Positions 9,583-17,828 of a stretch of DNA of 64,000 nucleotides are shown one piece after another (position 1 is the first letter of the stretch; each line of letters starts with the position of its first letter). The stretch comes from Deltaproteobacteria bacterium (lineage in GTDB: Bacteria; UBA10199; JACPAL01). The notes under the pieces were generated by a model that had not been told where the DNA came from, ran no database searches, and worked only from the letters and a program-made list of their open reading frames with translations. Both the position numbers and the translations under genes were made by a program. Where the stretch lies: assembly GCA_016180855.1 (NCBI GenBank), contig JACPAL010000018.1:17066-81065 (forward strand), given 5' to 3'.

Positions 9583-10419
9583 TCAATAGAGGTAAACAAA
9601 CTGGCCTGTTACCGCCTGCCCACTTTTTCCCAAAGGCGGGATCTTGTCAATCGCTTCTCCAAGGACCTTCTCTATCCAATTCCTGTCATCAATGGAAGGA
9701 TAGAAAACATCGGGCTCCCCTTCAATGCCAGAAAGCCTTGCGGCGACCTCAATCGCCAAGGGGAGGTTGCCTATTTCATCAATCAGTCCCAACTCCTTCG
9801 CCTCTTCTCCCGTGTAAATTCGACCATCGGCAATCTGCTCCACCTTTTGCGCCGGCAATGCTCGGCCCTCGGCCACCGCCTTCATAAATTGGTGATGCAT
9901 CTTTTTTAAGACCTCCTCGAGGTAGGCCTTCTCCTCCGGACTCATCGTCCGAATCGAAGAACCGGCATCTTTGAGCGACCCGCTCTTGAGCGTCATCGGA
10001 TGGATCTTTGCCCAACGGAGCAGCTCCTCCATGTTGACATACTCCATCCGGACTCCAATGCTACCGGTCACGGTTCCCGCATTCGCAAAAATTTTGTGAG
10101 AGGGAAGCGCCAGATAATACCCCCCAGACGCCGCGACACTGCCAAAAGAGGCAACGACCTTTTTGGACTCGCGGAGCTTCTTGACCGCTTCATGAATTTC
10201 CTGGGAAGCGCCTACCGTCCCGCCTGGCGAATCGACCCTGAGGACTACCGCCTTGACCTTCTCCTCTTTCCGCAACAATTCCAATCTTCGCACAACCGGA
10301 TCGGGCTCAAAAATCCCCCCCGTTATTTTCACCACCGCCAAGTTGCCACTGTCAGGGGAATAAATAAGAAAGAAGCCGGCTGCCAACGCCAACAGTAAAA
10401 TCCAGCGTAATCGTTTCAT
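9583..10419 (-). CDS. sppA: signal peptide peptidase SppA (36K type)
   Basis: N-terminal TM helix, catalytic-Ser region VASFGSVAASGGYYLA and ClpP/crotonase fold. Confidence 0.8.
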   Translation of the reverse strand: MKRLRWILLLALAAGFFLIYSPDSGNLAVVKITGGIFEPDPVVRRLELLRKEEKVKAVVLRVDSPGGTVGASQEIHEAVKKLRESKKVVASFGSVAASGGYYLALPSHKIFANAGTVTGSIGVRMEYVNMEELLRWAKIHPMTLKSGSLKDAGSSIRTMSPEEKAYLEEVLKKMHHQFMKAVAEGRALPAQKVEQIADGRIYTGEEAKELGLIDEIGNLPLAIEVAARLSGIEGEPDVFYPSIDDRNWIEKVLGEAIDKIPPLGKSGQAVTGQFVYLY

Positions 10420-11993
10420 CGTTTGGAACGTTTCTCTGACCCCGCAACAACCATCCCCAACAAGATTTTACGATCTCTCTCGTCTAGCGAATGGACAATG
10501 ACAGAAAGTGTATCCCCCAACTGAGGTAATGTCCCCTCATCCGTTGGATCACGTTCAATGAACCCCTCTATTTTTTCCTCAAGCTCCGCCGCAATGCCAC
10601 GGTCACCGACCCAGACGACCTTTCCTTCATGCTTTGTCCCAATCGCATACTGCTCACGAACACGCGGCCAGGGATCTTCAGACAACTGCTTGATCCCGAG
10701 CGACGTCCTTTCCGCCTCCTGATCCATATTCAGAACAACCGCCTCCACCTCCGTCCCCTTGGGATAAAGGTCAGCCAGCGGGCGGGCCGGGCGGACCGAT
10801 CGAATATCCGATATATGGACCAATCCATCCACCTCAGGGGCCAAGCCGACGAAGATACCAAAGTCAGTGATGCTTCGAACCGGCCCCCGGACCGTCGAAC
10901 CAATAGGGTACTTTTCGGCAATAACTTTCCATGGATTTTCGTGGATCTGTTTCATCCCCAGCGAGATCCTTCTGGAAGAGAGATCCATGTCCAAAATAAC
11001 AACCTCCACCGTATCACCAAGGTTAACTATCTTTGAGGGATGCTTCGCCTTACGGCTCCAGCTCATCTCAGAAACATGGATCAGACCTTCCACACCCGGC
11101 TGCAGTTCCGTAAAGGCACCGTAGTCTGTCACATTCACAATCTTTCCCTTGACCCGTGAACCGATCGGATACTTTTCAAAAACATCGGCCCATGGATCGG
11201 GCGTTGTCTGTTTCAACCCGAGTGACACACGGCCGTTGTCAGGATCAATCTTGAGAATTTTGACTGTTATCTCCTGCCCCACCTGAAGCAGTTCCGAGGG
11301 ATGTCCAACCCTTCCCCAGCTCATATCAGTCACATGAAGAAGACCGTCAATCCCGCCTAAGTCGACAAAGGCACCATAATCGGTCAGATTTTTAATAACA
11401 CCTGAGATCGTCTGTCCCTCTTTAAGATTCTGAAGGACGTCCTGCCTGGCAAAATCCTTGTTCTTTTCGAGCAATGTCCGGCGTGAAACAATGACATTCC
11501 CCTTCCTCTTGTTCAATTTAATAATCTTGAATTTGAATTTCTTACCCAGAAGGCGATCCAGGCTTCCGCTCGGCCTTACATCAATCTGGGAGGCCGGGAG
11601 AAACGCCTTCACACCGATATCAACGGAGAGCCCCCCTTTGACCTTGCACAAAACGTTCCCCTCAATCGTTCCATCACTTTCAAATATCTCCTCCAACTGA
11701 TCCCAGATCTTGTAGGAAGCAGCTTTCTCTCTGGAAAGAATGGCAAGACCATCATCCGTATCAAGTTTTTCGAGATAAACCTCAAGCGAATCACCGACCT
11801 GGAATGGGACCACCCCGTTGGAATCCTTCAGTTCATAGAGGGGGACAAGCCCCTCCAGCTTAAAACCAAAGTCAACAATCGCATAATCTTTTGTTAGGCT
11901 GATGATCTGACCCTGAACGATATCTCCCTGAAGTGGAATCTCCTTTTGAAAACTCTTTTCGAGCAGCGAGGCAAAATCTTCTTCTTCAACCAT
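10416..11993 (-). CDS. rpsA: 30S ribosomal protein S1
   Basis: Six S1 RNA-binding repeats. 525 aa. Confidence 0.9.
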   Translation of the reverse strand: MVEEEDFASLLEKSFQKEIPLQGDIVQGQIISLTKDYAIVDFGFKLEGLVPLYELKDSNGVVPFQVGDSLEVYLEKLDTDDGLAILSREKAASYKIWDQLEEIFESDGTIEGNVLCKVKGGLSVDIGVKAFLPASQIDVRPSGSLDRLLGKKFKFKIIKLNKRKGNVIVSRRTLLEKNKDFARQDVLQNLKEGQTISGVIKNLTDYGAFVDLGGIDGLLHVTDMSWGRVGHPSELLQVGQEITVKILKIDPDNGRVSLGLKQTTPDPWADVFEKYPIGSRVKGKIVNVTDYGAFTELQPGVEGLIHVSEMSWSRKAKHPSKIVNLGDTVEVVILDMDLSSRRISLGMKQIHENPWKVIAEKYPIGSTVRGPVRSITDFGIFVGLAPEVDGLVHISDIRSVRPARPLADLYPKGTEVEAVVLNMDQEAERTSLGIKQLSEDPWPRVREQYAIGTKHEGKVVWVGDRGIAAELEEKIEGFIERDPTDEGTLPQLGDTLSVIVHSLDERDRKILLGMVVAGSEKRSKR

Positions 11994-12063
11994 AGGGGTC
12001 GGGGGTGTAGTACATGGCCCCCCTGCTTGTCAAAGAGTTTTTCCCTCTTTTTCAAGAGGTTAA

Positions 12064-13332
12064 TTAACTTGTAAGCTTGATCGAGACCCCTATCGATTTC
12101 ATGAGGGAGAAGAATTCCGGCAACGATGTTTTGATACAGTCCGTATCGTTGACCCTGGTCCTCCCAGGGGCAACCGTTCCCAAGATAGCGAGGGACATCG
12201 CAACCCGGTGATCCCCTAATGAATCTCCCTTGGCTCCATAAAGCCGCCCTTCTCCCTCGATGCTGAACCCCTCTTTATATTCGGTCATCGGAATACCAAA
12301 TTTTGGGAGCTCATGGATCAGTGCCTCAATCCGATCGGTCTCCTTAATCCGGAGCTCCTTCATATCACGAAAAGAGCTTTTCCCTTCGGCGCAGGCAGCC
12401 GCCACGGCCAAGATCGGCACTTCATCAATCAGGCTCGGAACAATCTTCCCCCCAACATGAGTCGCCCGCAATCGACAAGGAGTAACAACAAGATCCGCCA
12501 CCGGTTCGCCACAAAGATATTTCTCGTGATCAATCCGGATCTCCGCCCCCATTTTTTTAAGAACCGTTAAAAATCCGGTACGGGTTGGGTTTAAGCAGAC
12601 TTTCTTAATCGTAAGCCGAGTGAATCGGTCTGGATTGATCAACGCCGCAACGGTAAAAAAGGCGGCTGAAGAGGGATCTCCCGGAATGATCAGGCGCCTC
12701 CGACCAGGTGACCGCTTGAAGAACCGGCTCATTCGTTCCGTATGATCCCTCGTTTTTATCTTCTCTTTAACTGTGACCTTGACCCCCGCCGTCCTTCCCG
12801 CGAGCAGGATGGCAGACTTCACCTGGGCGGAAGGGACCGGTAGGTTATAGTGAATCCCCTTAAGATCTCCCCCCACCACTTCAATATGGCGCTCCCCTTC
12901 AATAAAAAAAGGGTGAAACTTCGCCCCCATCCGCCGGAGAGGCTCTATGACCCTCTCCATCGGCCGTCGGTTTAAAGACCGGTCACCGGTGAGAATGGAA
13001 CGGAACGGTAACGCAGCCAGTACCCCCATCATGAGTCTCATCGTCGTCCCGGAGTTGCCGCAGTAGAGAATCTTGCGTGGCGCACGAAGCTCTTCGCTCC
13101 TCTTTCCTTTGACGATCCAGTCACCACTCTTGAGGCAACGAAGGAAAACACCGAGCTCCTCAAAAATCCGGACAGTTCGTAAAACATCTTCTGATTCGAG
13201 AAGATTCCGGATGACGGTCGTGCCGGGAGTCAGAGAGGCAAAAATGACCGCTCGGTGTGAAATCGATTTGTCTCCCGGCAACCGGATTTGCCCCCGGAGG
13301 GGGCCAGACGGCTTGATGACAAGCAACTCCAT
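12064..13332 (-). CDS. aroA: 3-phosphoshikimate 1-carboxyvinyltransferase (EPSP synthase)
   Basis: LPGDKSISHRAVIFASL N-terminal motif. 422 aa. Confidence 0.9.
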   Translation of the reverse strand: MELLVIKPSGPLRGQIRLPGDKSISHRAVIFASLTPGTTVIRNLLESEDVLRTVRIFEELGVFLRCLKSGDWIVKGKRSEELRAPRKILYCGNSGTTMRLMMGVLAALPFRSILTGDRSLNRRPMERVIEPLRRMGAKFHPFFIEGERHIEVVGGDLKGIHYNLPVPSAQVKSAILLAGRTAGVKVTVKEKIKTRDHTERMSRFFKRSPGRRRLIIPGDPSSAAFFTVAALINPDRFTRLTIKKVCLNPTRTGFLTVLKKMGAEIRIDHEKYLCGEPVADLVVTPCRLRATHVGGKIVPSLIDEVPILAVAAACAEGKSSFRDMKELRIKETDRIEALIHELPKFGIPMTEYKEGFSIEGEGRLYGAKGDSLGDHRVAMSLAILGTVAPGRTRVNDTDCIKTSLPEFFSLMKSIGVSIKLTS

Positions 13333-14178
13333 CTAGTATTTTTTCCTCATCGCCTGTCCCAAAGAAAGCCAGTGAAGAAGCCTTGATCTCTCTCCTCTTT
13401 CGATCATTCCAGCCAATTGATCCAGCTCCTTCTTAAATCTCACCATCGCCTGCCTGATCGATCCGCGGTTGGAGAGGAAAATATCAGCCCACATGACGGG
13501 CGAGCTGGCTGCAATCCTCGTGGTATCCCGAAGACCACCAAAGGCAAACCGGACCGCATCATGAGTTCCACAGAGACGCCCTATCGCCATCACAAGGGCG
13601 TAGGCCGCCACATGGGGAAGATGGGAAAGGTAGGCAAGCCATCGATCATGCTTTCCTGATTCCATCAATTCTACTTCCGCACCTAAAGAACGCCAGAGTT
13701 GTCGAACCGTCTTCCGATCCTCCGGCCTTGTTTCCGGAAGCGGCGTAAGAAGACAGAGACGGTTTTTAAACAACTGAGGATCCCCTGCGATCGCCCCCTC
13801 CTTCTCCCGCCCGGCAATCGGATGGGTACCAATGAATCGTAGATGTCGCCTCCTCGCCACCTTAACAATCGCCCCCTTGGTACTCCCGACATCGATAATG
13901 AGGGGGCCTTGGGGAAGGAGCCTCAGATAACTCTCAACCGACTTGACCGGCGTTGCAAGAATGATGAGATCCTGTGAGGCAAGAGAAAGATGAAGGAGAT
14001 CCCGATCTCTCTTCAGGCGAAAGCCCCTTGAGATCGCCTTGCGCCGAAAGGCAATCTTCAAGTTTTGAGGTTTTATGTCGACCCCCACGATCGGAATCTT
14101 TTTTAGTCTTCGCAACCCCAGGGCGATCGAGGTGCCGATCTGCCCCATGCCGACAATGATGATGCGAGAGCTCTTCAC
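13333..14178 (-). CDS. tyrA: prephenate/arogenate dehydrogenase
   Basis: Rossmann motif IIIVGMGQIGTSIALGL. Start chosen as the GTG at 14178-14176, which forms a GTGA overlap with the pheA stop. The ORF track extends to 14307 but would then overlap pheA by 133 nt. Confidence 0.75.
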   Translation of the reverse strand: MKSSRIIIVGMGQIGTSIALGLRRLKKIPIVGVDIKPQNLKIAFRRKAISRGFRLKRDRDLLHLSLASQDLIILATPVKSVESYLRLLPQGPLIIDVGSTKGAIVKVARRRHLRFIGTHPIAGREKEGAIAGDPQLFKNRLCLLTPLPETRPEDRKTVRQLWRSLGAEVELMESGKHDRWLAYLSHLPHVAAYALVMAIGRLCGTHDAVRFAFGGLRDTTRIAASSPVMWADIFLSNRGSIRQAMVRFKKELDQLAGMIERGERSRLLHWLSLGQAMRKKY

Positions 14179-15251
14179 ACGGTCGCCTTGGGGTAGGAGC
14201 CCAACACTTTTACAAAGAGACAGTACTGATCGAGTTCCTTCAATGCCTTCTGGAGTCGTTTCTCTTCGAGATGCCCGTCCATATCGAGATAGAAGATATA
14301 CTCCCAAACCTTCTTCTTCAGGGGACGCGACTCAATTTTTGTGAGGTTGATCTTGTTCCGATAAAACGGCTCGAGCATCCGGTAAAGAACTCCCACCTGA
14401 TCCTTGACCGAAAAAAGGATCGAGGTTTTGTCGCTCCCGGTCATACCGGGATTCTTACGTCCCAAAACCAGGAAGCGGGTCATGTTGTTCGGATTGTCCT
14501 CAATATGCCGCTCCGCAATCTTCAGACGGTAAACATGGGCCGCCTCCTCGCTCGCAATCGCCCCGGACCTGGAATCCTCGGCGGCCCGGGCCGCGGCGCG
14601 GGCCGTGCTCTCCACCTCAACGATCGGCGTGTTGGAAAATTTGTCTTCGAGCCAGGGACGACATTGGGCAACCGCCTGGGGGTGGGAATAAATTCTTTGA
14701 ACCCCCCGGGTGCCCCCCGTAACAGTCAAAAAGTGGTGGGCAATCGGAAGGACAATCTCAGCACCAATTTTGAGCGAAGAATCCTGAAAACGGTCCAGAG
14801 TGGCACCCACCACCCCCTCCGTCGAGTTCTCAATCGGGACAACGCCACATTCGGTCCGTTTATTTTCCACCTCTTCAAAGACGCGTGAGATAGAGGTCAT
14901 CGGGATCATCTCGCAGGAACGTCCAAAGTGCCGAAGGGCCGCCATATGCGTAAATGTCGCCTCCGGACCGAGGTAGGCGACCTTCATCGGGGCATGGAGG
15001 GAACGGGAGGCGGAAATAATCTCACTGAACACGGAAGGGATCGCACGGGTCGGGAACGGCCCTTTGTTTCTTTTTTTAAGGCGCTCCATGAGCAATTTTT
15101 CGCGGTGGGGGGTATAAAACTCCTCCCGGCTCGTTTTCTTGGCCTTCCCAACCTTCAGAACAATCCCGGCCCTCCGGTTGAGGAGTTTTAAGAATTGAGC
15201 GTCGAGCGCATCAATCTGGCGTCGAAGTCGTTCCAGCTCATTTTTTGGCAC
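14175..15251 (-). CDS. pheA: chorismate mutase / prephenate dehydratase (P-protein)
   Basis: N-terminal chorismate-mutase helices (LRRQIDALDAQFLKLLNRRA), a prephenate dehydratase domain and a C-terminal ACT domain. Confidence 0.85.
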   Translation of the reverse strand: MPKNELERLRRQIDALDAQFLKLLNRRAGIVLKVGKAKKTSREEFYTPHREKLLMERLKKRNKGPFPTRAIPSVFSEIISASRSLHAPMKVAYLGPEATFTHMAALRHFGRSCEMIPMTSISRVFEEVENKRTECGVVPIENSTEGVVGATLDRFQDSSLKIGAEIVLPIAHHFLTVTGGTRGVQRIYSHPQAVAQCRPWLEDKFSNTPIVEVESTARAAARAAEDSRSGAIASEEAAHVYRLKIAERHIEDNPNNMTRFLVLGRKNPGMTGSDKTSILFSVKDQVGVLYRMLEPFYRNKINLTKIESRPLKKKVWEYIFYLDMDGHLEEKRLQKALKELDQYCLFVKVLGSYPKATV

Positions 15252-15354
15252 GGGATCAAACTAGGAGAAACGTCCTGAAAAATCAAAGAAAAATGAACGG
15301 CCCGTGCGCTATCTTTTTAACGAGTTTTGTTGCCATTTCTTTTGAGTCCTCCTA

Positions 15355-16251
15355 ATGAGTCCCATCAAAGTGATGTCACTTAAAGAAGAACTCGAGGAGA
15401 TGCAAAATAACGTCGCCCTCTATAAGGCAAGCGATGAGAGACATCTTCATATGGAAGGGCCTGACGCGACCGATTATCTCCAAAGAATGGTCACAAATGA
15501 GGTCAAGACCCAGCCGATCGGCGAGGGACGTCACAACGCCCTGCTCGATCGAAAAGGTCATCCCCTCTCCCTCTTCTTTTTGATTAGGCTCTCCGAAAAC
15601 TTGTATCATCTGATTACACCACCCCAACTTAAGGAAAAGACCGCAGGGCTCTTGAAGAAATATAAGGTGATTGAGCGGTTTGAGATCAAAGATGTGAGTC
15701 AGGAGTGGGGGATTTATTGGGTAGTGGGATCTCCCGTGCCACCCGCTCTTCTGCCTGCTATTTGGCAAGAAACCATTTACAAAATCCCCGTTCGCAAAAT
15801 TCTCTATCCCAAAAATAACCCCCCTCCACTGGGAGATCTCCCTTCTGTTTCCAGACAGGCAATTGACCTCTTAAGGATGGAGGCGGGGATCCCGGAATAC
15901 GGTGTTGATATCGATGAGACGCATATTCTTCTGGAGGCCAATCTGGAGCATTGCTATAAGCGACAAAAAGGATGCTACCCCGGTCAGGAGGTGATCGAAA
16001 GAATATTGGCTTACGGTAAGGGACAGACACCGAAAAAACTTGTCACCCTGCTTGTAGAAGGAGAACGGGAGATACCCCCTAAGACAGCGATCTGGACGGC
16101 TGATAATCAAAAAGCAGGCGAAACAACCTCGGCCCTCTTTAACCCTTTAAAAAATGAGACCGTCGTCCTTGCCTACTTGGAGAATAAGTATCTTCCCCAA
16201 AGCAAGCTACATTTTGAGGATGGAACCTCTACAAAACTGCCCAGATGCTAG
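15355..16251 (+). CDS. ygfZ: YgfZ/GcvT-like folate-binding protein
   Basis: Signature KGCYPGQE near the C-terminal third, plus an aminomethyltransferase-like fold. Confidence 0.6.
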   Translation: MSPIKVMSLKEELEEMQNNVALYKASDERHLHMEGPDATDYLQRMVTNEVKTQPIGEGRHNALLDRKGHPLSLFFLIRLSENLYHLITPPQLKEKTAGLLKKYKVIERFEIKDVSQEWGIYWVVGSPVPPALLPAIWQETIYKIPVRKILYPKNNPPPLGDLPSVSRQAIDLLRMEAGIPEYGVDIDETHILLEANLEHCYKRQKGCYPGQEVIERILAYGKGQTPKKLVTLLVEGEREIPPKTAIWTADNQKAGETTSALFNPLKNETVVLAYLENKYLPQSKLHFEDGTSTKLPRC

Positions 16252-16347
16252 GCGCCCGCGAGCCAAAGACCGGAGCGTACTTGGCTGGTACGTGAGGATC
16301 TTTGGCGAGAGGGCAACAACGCAGATGGGCAGTTTTTAGAGGTTTTC
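16249..16347. repeat. family-1 related element (core gcgcccgc...ccggagcgtact...ggtacgtgagga...gcgggcaac...cagatgggcagtttttagagg) lacking TIRs
   Basis: Shares about 80 bp of core with 32905-33030 and the reverse complement of 47866-47970. Exactly spans the ygfZ-stop to PLP-enzyme-stop gap. Confidence 0.75.
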
Positions 16348-17633
16348 TAAACCACTTCCAACGCACGCTCTAGATCCATGATAATATCATCGGGATCCTC
16401 CAGACCGACGGAGAGGCGAATCCCGTTTGAATCAACACCACGGCGCCTCTTCTCCTCCTCCGGCAAACCGGAGTGGGTCATCGAAAACGGGTTTTCAGCA
16501 TCCCTGGCGATCTTGTCGATGAATCGCTCTGCCGCATGGTCATCCTTTCCCTTCAGCACAAAATAGATCATGCTGCCGGGGGCAAAGTTCCCGTGAAAGT
16601 CAGTCATCTGGGAGCGGGCCAGATCGGCCTGCGGAAAATCGGAAAGGCCTGGATAGAATACGGACCTGACCTTGGAATGATCTTTGAGGAAGGAGGCGAC
16701 CTTCATCGCCACCTCCTGTTGCTGTTTCATCCGAAGCTCCAGGGTGGAGAGTCCGTAGACCAAAATCGGCCAGGCATTTTTGGGAGAAAGCACACCGCCG
16801 AAATCCTTTCGAAAAAGGAGCAACGCATTTTCATGCTCCTCCGAGCCGACAACCGCCCCTCCCATGTCGGTCCCGAATCCGCCGATATCCTTTGTGAGGC
16901 TATGGGCCACAAGATCAACCCCCAGGGAGAGCGGTCTCTGACAGAAAGGGGTTGCAAAGGTGTTATCGATAATAAGAACGATTTTATGATCCTTCTCCCT
17001 CTTTTGATTGGCCCGATCGGCCACCTTGTGGAGCGCACGAATATCAACAAGACGAAGATTCGGATTGAGAGGACTCTCAAAATAGATCACGCGCGTCTTG
17101 TCGTTGATTGCTGATTCGTACCCCTCGCTTGTCAGATCGACAAACCGGACCTTGATCCCCAATCTTGGAAACCAATTCGTAAAAAGACTGTAAGTGCATC
17201 CATACAGAATATCGTTGGCAAGGATCTCATCCCCCGCCTTCAAATTCACCAAACAGGCGGCCGCCACCGCCGCCATTCCGGAGGCAAACGCCACCGCCAT
17301 TTCCGCCCCCTCGGCAAAGGCAAGATTCTCCTCGAGCATCCCGCGGGTCGGTTCATCAAGGCGGTCATAGATGTAGATCGGCAGATGCCTCTTCTGCGGT
17401 GTCTGATCACAGGCAAATTCAAAAAAGCCCTTGGCCCCCCGCTGTGAGGTGTCAAGCCGGAACGCCGTCGAGGCCGTCAAGGGTGGAATGACATGATGGC
17501 GATACTCCCACTTCTTGGAGTGAAACTTGCCGTGAATAAGATGGGTCGCCTTTTTATAAGGACGCCGATCGGATAGATCCTTCTTCTCCCCCGACATGCA
17601 GCCGGACGTAGCAGGAATCAATTCTTCTGACAA
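16347..17633 (-). CDS. Cys/Met-metabolism PLP-dependent enzyme (O-acetylhomoserine sulfhydrylase / methionine gamma-lyase family)
   Basis: PLP-lysine region VAHSLTKDIGG and trans-sulfuration fold. An N-terminal extension of about 60 aa means the true start may be an internal Met. Confidence 0.7.
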   Translation of the reverse strand: MSEELIPATSGCMSGEKKDLSDRRPYKKATHLIHGKFHSKKWEYRHHVIPPLTASTAFRLDTSQRGAKGFFEFACDQTPQKRHLPIYIYDRLDEPTRGMLEENLAFAEGAEMAVAFASGMAAVAAACLVNLKAGDEILANDILYGCTYSLFTNWFPRLGIKVRFVDLTSEGYESAINDKTRVIYFESPLNPNLRLVDIRALHKVADRANQKREKDHKIVLIIDNTFATPFCQRPLSLGVDLVAHSLTKDIGGFGTDMGGAVVGSEEHENALLLFRKDFGGVLSPKNAWPILVYGLSTLELRMKQQQEVAMKVASFLKDHSKVRSVFYPGLSDFPQADLARSQMTDFHGNFAPGSMIYFVLKGKDDHAAERFIDKIARDAENPFSMTHSGLPEEEKRRRGVDSNGIRLSVGLEDPDDIIMDLERALEVV

Positions 17634-17646
17634 CCCATTTGACAGG

Positions 17647-17804
17647 GTTATGGGGTGTGTTGAAAAATGGCTTTTGTGGACTGTTCAAAAATGCCCAGCT
17701 GCAAGACACCCCGAGGAGCCGCGACGCAGGCGTACTTGAGGGTACGTCGAGGAGCCGGCGACGAGGGGAACGCAGCAGATGGCATTTTTCAACAGTCCCT
17801 TATG
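17647..17804. repeat. family-2 MITE-like element with about 20-bp TIRs (GGGGACTGTTGAAAAATGCC) and TTATG flanks
   Basis: Near-identical to 37496-37626 apart from a 26-bp internal insertion. Fills the gap between the PLP-enzyme start and the recG stop. Confidence 0.8.
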
Positions 17805-17828
17805 CTTGCCGGTGGAGTCGCCCTCTTT

